Assembly: GCF_006345805.1 (NCBI RefSeq)
Contig: NW_021824813.1
Span: 1-18,613 of the forward strand
Direction: 5' to 3'
DNA length: 18,613 bases
DNA from: Octopus sinensis
Taxonomy: Eukaryota
In this document: piece by piece, positions 7,917-18,613 of the stretch
Numbering within the stretch: the first letter of the stretch is position 1
How the letters are laid out: each line of letters opens with the position of its first letter
Program-made: the position numbers and the translations under genes
The notes under the pieces: generated by a model
What the model saw: the letters and a program-made list of their open reading frames with translations, nothing else
What the model was told of the DNA's origin: nothing
Databases searched by the model: none

Positions 7917-7952
<36 letters not shown>

Positions 7953-8852
7953 AGGTTTGGAGATGATGTACAGGTATTTTATATTAGAAGAAATGAGGTA
8001 CTCAGAAAATCGGATGGTTTATATTTACAGATATTTATTTGTATGTTACATGTTTTTATACATCATATAACTTAGATCATGTATTTGCGCTTTCTCCCAT
8101 TCTAGTGGGGTTTTCAAATCAATATATATATATATATATGTGTTGTGTGTGTGTGTGTGTGTGTACCAGGTGACTTTCGAGTGCTACTGGTAACATGTAA
8201 TCCAGTACAACCCTTTGCATGGTCGGGCCGTCAGGGACTAAACCGGCACCCCACAAAGTTTGCTTTGTGAGGAGGGTGTTTTATTGGACAACAAAAGTTT
8301 GTACGAATGTATTGTTTTTTTCTTTTTGACGAATAATAAACATTTACAACTTATTTACCATCTCAAAGTAAGCACATCCTACTGAGAAAACCTTGAGCAC
8401 ATTATTGAGAAAAATGAGCTCCAATTAAGTTTGTGTAAACAAATTTTTATTTCGATGAAGCAACAAAAAATTAAGCATATTTTATGTTCTTTTAATTTGT
8501 TTTTCCTTTTAGAAAATTTGTCAAAATCTGTTTGTTTCTTTTCGGTGTGTGTCTACTTTCGGAATTGTAGGCTCGGATGAAGCTGAAAATCTAAATCTTG
8601 CTCCACATTTTTTTTTCTTACATTTTATTAAACAAAATACAGCGGAATAAGGCCGTAAAAGGAATATATCATTTCAAAACGACTTTTAAATGTATTTCTT
8701 CAAAATTTCGTTAATAATATGTATTTTTCTGAAAATTATGAGGAAAAAAATTCAGTGGGGCACTAAACAGTAGACCTACCATCTCTCCCTCTATCTCTAT
8801 CTTTCTCATCCTATCTCTGTCTATTTATCTTTATCTAGGCAATCTTACGGTT

Positions 8853-8972
8853 ATTTGGCTGCTATTTCTAGCTATGGCGGCAACCTTCTACACGCTCCAT
8901 CGTTTGTTTGTTGTGTGTTTTAGATGGAGAATATTCTTAAAATAATCTCCAACCCCAGAAATGTTGAGAAAA
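8853..8972. repeat. Dispersed repeat, direct copy at 17154-17282
   Basis: ATTTGGCTGCTATTTCTAGCTATGGCGGCAACCTTCTACACGCTCCATCGTTT...CTCCAACCCCAGAAATGTTGAGAAA is found at both sites. Confidence 0.88.
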
Positions 8973-8982
8973 CAATTGAGAA

Positions 8983-9338
8983 AAATTCCACCAGGGTCGA
9001 CTTTGCCTTTCGGGGTCGATTAAATAAGTACCAATTACGCACTGGGGTCGATTAAATAAGTACCAGTTACGCACTGGGGTCGATGTAATCGACTTAATCC
9101 ATTTATCTGACCTCTCTGTGTTTAACCCCTTGTGGCTAGTAAAGAAATAGGTATTTCGTCTGCTGCTACGTTCTGAGTTCAAATTCCGCCAGGGTTGACT
9201 TTGCCTTTCATCCTTTCGGGGTCGATTAAATAAGTACCATTTACGCACTGGAGTCGATGTAATCAACTTAATCCGTTTGACTGTCCTTGTTTGTCCCCTT
9301 TGTGTTTAGCCCTTGTGGGTAGTAAAGTAAGAAATAAG
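8983..9338 (+). mobile_element. Tandem dimer of a SINE (monomers 8983-9149 and 9150-9338)
   Basis: GAGTTCAAATTCC B-box-like motif. GACTTTGCCTTT..GGGGTCGATTAAATAAGTACC..CCCTTGTGG.TAGTAAAG is repeated. Monomer 1 has an internal duplication of about 32 bp. Confidence 0.8.
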
Positions 9339-9561
9339 AAACTGGAAGAAGCCCAATATATATGTGTGTGTGTGAATGTGTAGCTGGAGTTTAGAAATCT
9401 GTTAGCTTCACAAAAGATTTTCTGATGTAAATTTTAATAAATTAGAAAGTTCTGTTGTTCATTTAAATGTTTATTTCTTGTGTTTATCTCTTTAGTAATG
9501 TTGAATCTGTATTTTTTAAGTAGCCTCTCTATCTTACACTGTTGTTTCTTTATTATTTCAG

Positions 9562-9919
9562 AATATCAGATGACATCGGCATAACTGAAGATACGTTCTC
9601 ATTATTTATCATCTTTTAAAGACCAAAATGGAAATATTGTAGAGAACAGATATATAAGATTGTTTCTCTAAATCTACAGTGGAATTCCTCTGATATATTT
9701 ACTCTGAAAGGTGTTATTAGCAAACCTTCTGGACATCACTGGCTGGAGTGTCTACAAGATGAGTCTTTGTGCAAATTAAACTTGGATAAATTTACTAAAG
9801 AGCTTTGGGACAAAGGTGATAATGGACAGAAATAGAGCAGTCGAAATATTTGGAAACAAAAGACTATAGAATCAAAAAGGTGTAAAAAGATTATATACTG
9901 TGATTTTTGAAGAAAAATA
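9562..9919 (+). other. Putative 5' UTR part of the ZNF-B coding exon (acceptor AG 9560-9561)
   Basis: GTTGTTTCTTTATTATTTCAG|AATATC; homologous along its length to 1459-1121 on the minus strand. Confidence 0.55.
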
Positions 9920-11161
<1,242 letters not shown>

Positions 11162-11610
11162 AAGTCGTATCACTGTAACATCTGTTGTGAAACATTTTCT
11201 GTAAGTAGTGATAAATGACTGCTCAGTACTTTTGGTGTTAACTAAATGTATAACTATTGGTATAGATGTATGACTACCAATGTGACCATTTTAAGAACCA
11301 TAAGCATTTTCAGCTCCTCCTAAATTGGTGGTACTGTTGTGGGCTTTCTCCATGGCAATAACCAAGCTATTCATCAGGGAATTGGGAATTGCTGTAATTG
11401 TAAGAGTTCCTTCTATGCCAAAGAAGAAAAAATAAAAGGGACAATCTTTCTAACTGTAAATGTATTCACACCAGAGAGGAGGTAGAACAGTGTGTGGCAA
11501 CCATCTCCCAACTCTGTAGTTTATGTCACAACACGTAAAAAGACTGTGGGTTCCTTTTTTTAATAGAAGTAGCTTTTTCCAGATTTTGAATCTTGTTATG
11601 AAACGTAAAA

Positions 11611-11866
11611 GTTCAGTCCCACTGTGTGGCACCGAGGTCAACTGAGAAGAACACCTATCAAGCCAAGCGAAATTGGTGTTGTGGCAGAGACTGGTGTTGG
11701 TGGTCTAAGGCATCCATTACACTCTCAGAGTGGTTGGTGTTAGGAAGGGTATTCATCCGTAGCAATCATGCCAACTAAGATTAGTGTCCGGTCCAGCCTC
11801 CCTGCTTGCCAACCCTGGTCAAACTATGCAACCCACGCCAGAATGGACAACGGACATTGGATGATG
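11611..11866 (+). mobile_element. Diverged SINE with B-box fragment and RTE-like 3' tail
   Basis: GTTCAGTCCCACTG.GTGGCA matches the head of the 14458-14873 SINE. The tail GAGTGGTTGGTGTTAGGAAGGG...AACCCACGCCAG.ATGG..AACGGAC..GATGATG has an inverted relative at 14138-14298. Confidence 0.65.
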
Positions 11867-12399
11867 TGTGTATTTCAGTATTGTCAACATTGATCATGCG
11901 ATTAGGGTTGGACTAAATCTGTTCCAAATGTCAAAGGGCTTATCCACCCAAACCGGTGTTTGAGCAACAGTTTTTATCCCAGTACAGAAAAATTCTCTTC
12001 CTGTCCACAAGTCATTACATAAGGAATGGTCCCTCACGCCTTTAGCGGAGAGAAGAAAGAAGAGAGAGAGAGATCGGAATAACCGATGCTGCACAACAAA
12101 CAGAACCAAGCCATGAAAATGCTACAGAATTTCAACTGTGATACAACTCCCACTGTTCCAGATAGAGTTCGTTAAAGCTTGCAAAACCTGTTACTTCACA
12201 ATTTGTAAGACATTTGCCATGTATTTTTATAAAGGGTTGTAATAAAAAACAGTTGCATTGAATTTACCTGGTTCTTCTTGTCATTTGTTTATATAAAGGT
12301 AACCCCAGGCAGACAGACGAGACCAGTGAATGCAGAACCAACACACAGCTACATCAAGATGAACCAGCCACAGCTAACTTAAATAAAACTCATAACCAA

Positions 12400-12402
<3 letters not shown>

Positions 12403-12478
<76 letters not shown>
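12403..12478. repeat. (TA)38 microsatellite
   Basis: Direct reading. Confidence 0.95.
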
Positions 12479-12487
<9 letters not shown>

Positions 12488-12508
12488 TATACGTATCTAT
12501 ATACATCT

Positions 12509-12724
12509 TTGTGTTTGTCTTTCAGTATTGCTTGACAACTGGTGGTGGTCTGTGTGCGTTCTCGTGACATAGCAGTTCAGCAAAAGGGACTGATAGATAG
12601 AATATGCACCAGGCTTAACAAAAAGACAAGTACTAGGGTGGATTTTATTTGAATAAAATCTCTTCGAGGCGGTGCCCCAGCATGGCCACAGCCAAATGAC
12701 TGAAAGAATTAAAAGATGAAAGAA
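12509..12724 (+). mobile_element. 3' half of a tRNA-derived SINE (family of 14458-14873)
   Basis: TTGCTTGACAAC...GCAAAAG.GAC.GATAGA...GGCGGTGC.CCAGCATGGCC.CAG.CAAATGACTGAAA is the reverse complement of 14470-14660. Confidence 0.75.
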
Positions 12725-12761
12725 ACACACAGCAACACAAACAAAGATGATGCAAAATTAA

Positions 12762-12981
12762 CTCCTTCGTTACTGTATTTATTTTGAGATGCTCTGAGTT
12801 TCTTTCAATTATTTTGAATATAACAAAGAATTTAGTAAAATAACTTCGTTATCATTAAGCTAGTGTTAGGAATATAAATTGTGACTAAGGTTTGGTAGAA
12901 GATTTTAATTCAGAACTTACGAAAAGAAGACATTTTACCACAGAGCCAGAGCCGGGGCTGGCCGAGTTAGTGACAAAAGGG
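12762..12981. mobile_element. piggyBac-type MITE (220 bp)
   Basis: Flanked by TTAA (12758-12761 and 12982-12985). Imperfect TIRs CTCCTTCGTTACT and AGTGACAAAAGGG match at 9/13 positions. Confidence 0.65.
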
Positions 12982-13311
12982 TTAAGAGCAACTGGATGAG
13001 GTTAATATATGCTGAGCTGAATCTGTATTGAAGTGGACAAGAAGAAGAAGAAGAAGAATATGGGGTACGGGTGGGAGGGTTCATGAGGGGTGCAGTTCTT
13101 TGGGTAAATGAAAATGGGTTGGGGTATTGAAACAATGGGAATGATATGAAAAAAGGAAGAAGCAGTTTAATATTGGACCCGTTGAAGTGGGAGGGTAGAA
13201 TACGGTTGAGAAGATTACAGCCCATGGCAGTGGTGTGTGGTGATGAAGTTACTCCTACGTGCAAAGTCCTTATAGACAACACCCTTGTGTGTATGTGTGT
13301 ATGTCTGTAAA

Positions 13312-13626
13312 AATCAAAATCTCTGGTGGAAGCGTCATCCAACCAAAGTGCAAATATATGGGAAACTACCACCTGTGTCATCTCTTGTGAAAGGTAGAAG
13401 AGTCCAGTTGGCTGGACATTGTTGTAGAGCTGAAAACGAGGTAATTTCTACTCTTCTCCTCTGGAAGCCATCTGCTTGCGATACCAGAGGGCGCACACTC
13501 TCCTACCCTGATGTAATCTCCAGGGATACAGGCATCCAGCAACAGGACCTCCATAATGCTATGATGGACCGTGAAGTCTGGCGTAACATAGTAAATTCCA
13601 TTGTCTCGAACAATTGTGATGATGAT
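13312..13626 (+). mobile_element. 3' fragment of an RTE-clade LINE ORF2
   Basis: WWKRHPTKVQIYGKLPPVSSLVKGRRVQLAGHCCR...LLWKP...RGR...DREVWRNIV is the typical RTE C-terminus. Ends in (GAT)3. Confidence 0.85.
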
Positions 13627-13862
13627 GTCTATAAATATATACCTATATAATATATATATATATATACAAATAAAGGTAAGAAACCTCATTAAGGGATAGC
13701 AAAATCCTATGAAAGCACTGGTTAGTTACCGAAACAAGGAATGTTGATCATTACATTTAATACTCAACTGCAAGGCAACTATATAAACCGTGGTTTATAT
13801 ATATTTATTCATTGTAAGAAGATAGAGAGGTAATTAATAAGTTATTATTTTTGAATTGAAAA

Positions 13863-14086
13863 ATTGACAAACATCCCTTACAGCTGTTTCGATTCCAAAC
13901 CTTCAGAAAATTAATCAATAAAATTAAAGATTATTTGAAAGTCGAATCTCGTTATAGAAAATAGTCATTCAATTACTGATTTATTGAGTAAATGACTGCA
14001 GAGGAAATTCGACTTCCCAATGATTTTTAATTTTATTAATTTTCTGAACATCCGTAATTGAAACAGCTGTAAGGATGTTTGTCAAT
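13863..14086. mobile_element. 224-bp foldback element ending in HHR-like 3' halves
   Basis: The arms are inverted homologues almost to the centre. Each ends, reading outward, GAAACAGCTGTAAG(G)GATGTTTGTCAAT. Confidence 0.75.
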
Positions 14087-14106
14087 AATTTTCTTATATC
14101 TCTCTT

Positions 14107-14137
<31 letters not shown>

Positions 14138-14139
<2 letters not shown>

Positions 14140-14298
14140 CATCTTTTAACATCTGTTGTCCATGATGGATTGGGTTGGAGTGGGGCTAGTGAGATGGAAG
14201 GCAGCACCTGACTCCAGTCTGATTTGGCAGGGTTTCAACAGCTGGATGCCAACTATTCCAAGAGTGTAATGGGTGCATTTACGTGCCACCGACACAGG
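14138..14298 (-). mobile_element. SINE 3' tail (RTE-like), family of 11611-11866
   Basis: Reverse complement matches the 11700-11866 tail. Confidence 0.6.
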
Positions 14299-14457
14299 GG
14301 TCATTTGTGTGACCCTGCTATCTGCAATGAAAATGCTAAGCAGTATTTCGTCCATTGGAGTTCAAATTCCAGCCCACCTACAAATGTATGCCCCGCCCTC
14401 CTTTCTTTCCTCACAACTTCCACAGAAAATGATAATTTTTTAATTAAACGTTCTATA

Positions 14458-14873
14458 CTCTCTCTTTTTACTCTTTTACTTGTTTCAGTCATTTGACTGC
14501 GGCCATGCCTGAGCACCGCCTTTAGTCGAAAAAATCGACCTCGAGACTTATTCTTTGTAAGCCCAGTACTTATTCTATCGGTCTCTTTTGCCGAACCGCT
14601 AAGTTACGGGGACGTAAACACACCAGCATCGGTTGTCAAGCAATGCTAAACAGACAAACACAGACACACAAACATGCACACATACAGATATATATATATA
14701 TACATATATACGACAGGCTTCTTTCAGTTTCCGTCTACCAAATCCACTCACAAGGCTTTGGTCGGCCCGGGGCTATAGCAGAAGACACTTGCCCAAGATG
14801 CCACGCAGTGGGACTGAAGCCGGAACCATGTGGCTGGTTAGCAAGCTAGTTACCACACCGCCACTCCTGCGCC
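14458..14873 (-). mobile_element. Near full-length tRNA-derived SINE
   Basis: Minus strand starts GGCGCAGGAGTGGCGGTGTGG (A box), then GCTTCAGTCC (B-box-like), CTTGGGCAAGTGTCTT, a central (TA)/(TG) tract and a GTAAAA(G) repeat tail. Confidence 0.85.
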
Positions 14874-15152
14874 TATAAATACTATTCAGATAATGTAGAT
14901 TCTGATTATCTCAGAATTTGTTTAGAAAATGTTATTTTCTGAGGGTGGCGTAATGTGTTTCGGGAAATGAACACTTGTTGCATTTCTTTCATCATAACAT
15001 TCCGAAAAATAGGTAATTCTTCAGGAAATTTTCTATAAATGCCCTTCAGATGGTGTAGATTACAATTATATCAGATTTTCTTATGCAAGATGAGATCTAT
15101 ACTTACTAACACATACCTTACAATAAAACTAGAAATTTCGAAAAAAATTGTG

Positions 15153-15231
15153 ATGTATGTATAAGAGCCTATAGGGTATAGGGTCTTCCTATGTATGTAT
15201 AGGAGCCTATAGGGTATAGGGTCTTCCTATG
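15153..15231. repeat. 38-bp tandem duplication spanning the 5' junction of the RTE insert
   Basis: ATGTATGTATA(A/G)GAGCCTATAGGGTATAGGGTCTTCCT at 15153 and 15191. Confidence 0.9.
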
Positions 15232-15607
15232 ATGCTGACATGCAGTGTCTGTGCAAGACCCTGCCTCAGTAAAGCTGGACTCAAGTGTCATGTTCGTAGT
15301 CATAAAGCAAGACAAATGAGTGACAACCTGGCCACTGGTGGTGGTGGTGTAACACACCATTCTAATCATATATCTGTCAGGCATGTGGAAGAGAGAGTAA
15401 TTCGGCAGGAGGACTTAAACGATATGCAAAGGTACATGAAGCCCAGTTACAACTACAGCCGGCTATTGCCGGTAAAAGTTTTGGCTGCCAATTCTGTACA
15501 AGACATTGTAGATCTTTAGCTGGGCTAAAAAGTCACATCTGATCACAGCACCGGTAACAGTTAAGCTTCGTGCAATGGCCATACTCGATAACGAGGGGGC
15601 AGCCATC
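15208..15607 (+). mobile_element. 5'-truncated RTE-clade LINE end encoding three C2H2-like fingers, with 13-bp TSD
   Basis: TSD ATGTATAGGAGCC at 15195-15207 and 15608-15620. CSVCARPCLSKAGLKCHVRSH, then in a shifted frame CQACGRESNSAGGLKRYAKVH and CQFCTRHCRSLAGLKSHI*SQH. 3' end GGCCATACTCGATAACGAGGGGGCAGCCATC. Confidence 0.7.
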
Positions 15608-16022
15608 ATGTATAGGAGCCAACCAGATTTCTTGAATTTTTGTTATTAAAGTCCAATATAATCTAATCTACACACTCTGGAAAGTAGCTATAGAATATTT
15701 TCTTATTTTCTCTGAAATTTACGAGAAACAAAACTAACGTTTGCAAATTTTCAGGAACTTCACGCACACTTTCTGCAAAAGGGTCTTTGATTAATGTTTA
15801 CAATATTACCAGGAAACGGAAAAAAAAGAAAAAATTGTGCAACAGGTGTAAAAAAATGTGTAGGAAAGGAATATGAAAACAAAAATGCGCGGAAAGCAAC
15901 AGGTGAGTAGTTGGGAAAATTCACAAGATGCAAGTTTTTGCCTCATAACTTTTAGGAAAGTGGGTTTTTCTAAATGAAATTTGATATAAATATCTTTCAA
16001 ATGTCATAGATTACAAACGTCT

Positions 16023-16565
16023 ATCGAGGTGAATTCAATTTCTGCCATAAGTGTGTCAACAACATTTTCTGGCCGTGTCATACGAATTTGTCACTGTTAT
16101 TTATGACATATTTCGTATCAGTGAAGTTCGTATGAATAAAAGATTATCGTTATTAAACTTTTATTAATAAACACATTTTCTAAGTTCACAACAGAAGCAG
16201 TTTTAATTTCCCTCTCTGTTGCACAGATACACACATTACATATTATATATTCATTTAAGAAACAGATTGGGTTTATTTACATTCCTGAAGAAAAAAAGAT
16301 ACCCTTCCCCCCACCCCTAATCCTAACCCTCACCCAAATCTAACCCTAACCCTAACCCTAAAACAGATTGAAATGCAATAGATCGAAACTAGGGTCATAA
16401 TTATGGGTGGACACTAAAGAGGGAACACTTTTGTTATCCAGCTCTGTTTACGAGTGACCCCTCAGTTTATGGCCACAGGGTATCTTTTTTCTCATAAATA
16501 ACAGGGACATTTTCATATGACACCGCCAGAAAATGTTTACGGCAGAGAAATTGATTCACCTCAAT
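16023..16565. mobile_element. Non-autonomous element with ~80-bp inverted repeats and an internal (CCCTAA)n-like tract
   Basis: 16023-16106 is an imperfect inverted copy of 16492-16565. About 8 degenerate CCCTAA hexamers at 16315-16361. Confidence 0.55.
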
Positions 16566-16774
16566 CAATTGACGTCATTGAATGGTTGAAATGCCGAACG
16601 AAATGCAAGAAATTAAACAACAATTAGCTTACAAACTACAGAATTTTCTCAAGAAAGCCAAGAGAAAAAGGTTGTTTTATAAACACATTCTACCAGTATA
16701 CGAAGTTTAAAAGTGTTTAGTTACGTGGAAATTATTTTAAAAATCTGCCGGTCAAAGCGAAAAGATCGAAATAA

Positions 16775-16900
16775 AGTTTGCCTTTCACCTTTTTGCTGGG
16801 GTTCAATAAAATAAATACCAGTTAACAACTGAGGTCCGCGGCAATCGACTTACGCACCCTCCCCTCCCCTGAAATTGCTGGCCTTGTGCCAAAATGTGAA
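16775..16900 (+). mobile_element. Diverged SINE 3' part (family of 3049-3221)
   Basis: TTTGCCTTTCA.CTTT..GGGGT.CAATAAAATAA.TACCAGTT...AATCGACTT...GGCCTTGTGCC. Confidence 0.65.
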
Positions 16901-17153
16901 TATCACACACACCTATTACATACGCATGCGCACTAAGCCTATTTCCGCTTCTATTCATTACATCTTGACAAGCTTGTTTGGCGCCAGAATTTCTATTAAT
17001 TCACTCGGCAATACATTTCTAAAACATTTCTCTACCACCTGACGCCCTCATAACAACAACAACAACACCATTCTTTATAAAGACATTTCCGTAAGTATTA
17101 AACAATGGAAACATTTAATCTTTCAATACTTTGTGTATCAGATTTTGTTCCAC

Positions 17154-17282
17154 ATTTGGCTGCTATTTCTAGCTATGGCGGCAACCTTCTACACGCTCCA
17201 TCGTTTCCACGTTTGTTTGTTGTGTGTTTTAGTTGGAGAAATATTCTTAAAATAAACTCCAACCCCAGAAATGTTGAGAAAC
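17154..17282. repeat. Dispersed repeat, direct copy of 8853-8972
   Basis: See 8853-8972. Confidence 0.88.
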
Positions 17283-18097
17283 GAATGTTTTATTATAATT
17301 TATCGAATGTTCGTTTCTTGATACAGGGAAGGGGACGAAATAAGTAAGCGGGGCAAAATGAGTAATTTCTCCTTATTTTCTCACCATTATGACATTGGTT
17401 AGGAAGATTTCAACTGAAATTATTGTAGGTTTTAGCCAGAATTATTCTAAAGGACATTTCTGGAAACTTCCGTGGGATGTTATGAAATCCTGGGCCTTTT
17501 TTTCCAATTTTTACTTCGTGGATCGCGTGCTTTCTGGAAGCTACTCATTCCCACATACAGTTCTTGTTGTAAAATGAAAGATACCCGACGTTGCTTTCCT
17601 CCATAATGACCAGAAGTCATAAGGGTATAAACTCGAAGAAAGAAAGCCTTGCATATTCGTTCTACACCCGTTTCATGTGTGTATGTAAGATCCGCAAATT
17701 TCCAAACAGAATCGAACTGTCATTTGCTTCCACGGAAATATCCGAAGTGAAATGTTTTGATTTTTGTCGAGTTATGTCGAAGGAATGCCGTCATAAGTCT
17801 TGTACTAGCTTCAGATTTGTCTGAACGAAACAAGAGTGGTCTTTAATTCTTGTCATCTCTGTGGGACATAGCTTTCAGACCGGAATTTAGGGCCGCCTTC
17901 CCGTTTGATCACCTGGATCTTTATTGACGAAGGGAAATTACTCTCAAGTATTTATATGGAATTGAATTTGGAAAAATGAACGAGAACCAAATGAAAATAT
18001 CTTTGGAATTGACGCTTTAATACGTCTCCAGGAAAGGTATTTGACCGCTCTTGTCATTTTATCAACAGCAAGTAGTAAAAGAAATCAGGTTTAAGTT

Positions 18098-18520
18098 ATA
18101 ATAATGAAATTATTGTATACAGTGTTCAGGTGCACCACAACTTGTCAAAAGTGTGTGTAATGAAGTGTATGCAGTGATGTACAAATGTCTGGGAAGCGAA
18201 CAATGTATGAGTCAGATACATGCTTGCGTGTATATGGAGGGGAGAAAATCAGGTGTAGTGTTGGCGAATCTCAGGAAGCATGGAAGTTTTGAAGGATGCA
18301 GTGCTCCGACAACTAACAACTGATGCCGGCGGCAGTTGTTCCATGCTTCAGCAACTCTCAGCGTGAAAAAATGTTTCCTAAAGTCATGGGAGCTGTGCTG
18401 TTTTCTGATTTTATAAACATGTCCACGTGTGTTAGACAGGTGGAGTTCGAAAAGGTGCTCAGAGTTATTGTTTGTAAGATGGTTAAATGAAGGGCACATG
18501 TCAATCCCAACATATTAGGT
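18098..18520 (-). mobile_element. 3' fragment of a CR1-clade LINE
   Basis: TRGHVYKIRKQHSSHDFRKHFFTLRVAEAWN, then in a shifted frame LPPASVVSCRSTASFKT: the CR1 ORF2 C-terminal signature. Followed by a 3' UTR ending in an ATT-type tail. Confidence 0.85.
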
Positions 18521-18613
18521 CAATTTAAATATAATATCTTTGTGGGAATATCTCATTCAACCATAATAAATATGAAGACAGCCAAATAGAAACCGAAGAA
18601 CATCTACACCACT

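Noticed and set aside
3409-8070. ORFs 3409-3663, 6827-7030, 7668-7868 and 7873-8070
   Set aside because: Translations of microsatellites or low-complexity tracts (YIYI, VCMY, TPTS).
11330-11380. Minus-strand CTGATGA...GAAA in the ZNF-B 3' region
   Set aside because: Stem II does not abut GAAA, and stems I and III do not form.
12030-12400. Possible LTR-like segment with AATAAA
   Set aside because: No second LTR, TG...CA ends, PBS or coding remnant could be supported.
15790-16020. Cys-rich stretch (CNRCKKMC) resembling a piggyBac C-terminal domain
   Set aside because: Short, interrupted, A-rich, and no matching terminus found.
17330-17900. Higher-complexity segment with short ORFs 17389-17577 and 17591-17824
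   Set aside because: No recognisable domain in the frames I translated. Probably an old repeat, but not assignable by eye.

Overview
AT-rich, repeat-dense eukaryotic genomic DNA. The multi-finger C2H2 genes and SINE/LINE types point to a coleoid cephalopod, most likely Octopus (inference). Two paralogous C2H2 zinc-finger genes lie head-to-head. ZNF-A is on the minus strand (ATG 1120, at least 13 fingers, runs off the window, absent from the ORF track). ZNF-B is on the plus strand (ATG 9920, 14 fingers if a +1/-1 frameshift pair is corrected). The main unannotated signal is a cluster of type I hammerhead ribozyme (HHR) motifs with self-complementary stem III, of the kind known from Penelope-like elements and retrozymes: (i) a near-identical ~473-nt tandem repeat between (TA)n tracts with one HHR per unit (4 copies, GUC site); (ii) a ~200-bp MITE-looking element made of two back-to-back HHR-like halves on opposite strands, present twice; (iii) a single HHR on the sense strand of the putative first intron of ZNF-B; (iv) a 224-bp foldback ending in HHR 3' halves. 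The rest is SINEs, RTE and CR1 LINE 3' fragments, MITEs, a possible Merlin relic and microsatellites. All RNA structures were folded by eye and none has been tested. HHR-bearing repeats are known in other animals, so novelty of these particular families needs a database search.
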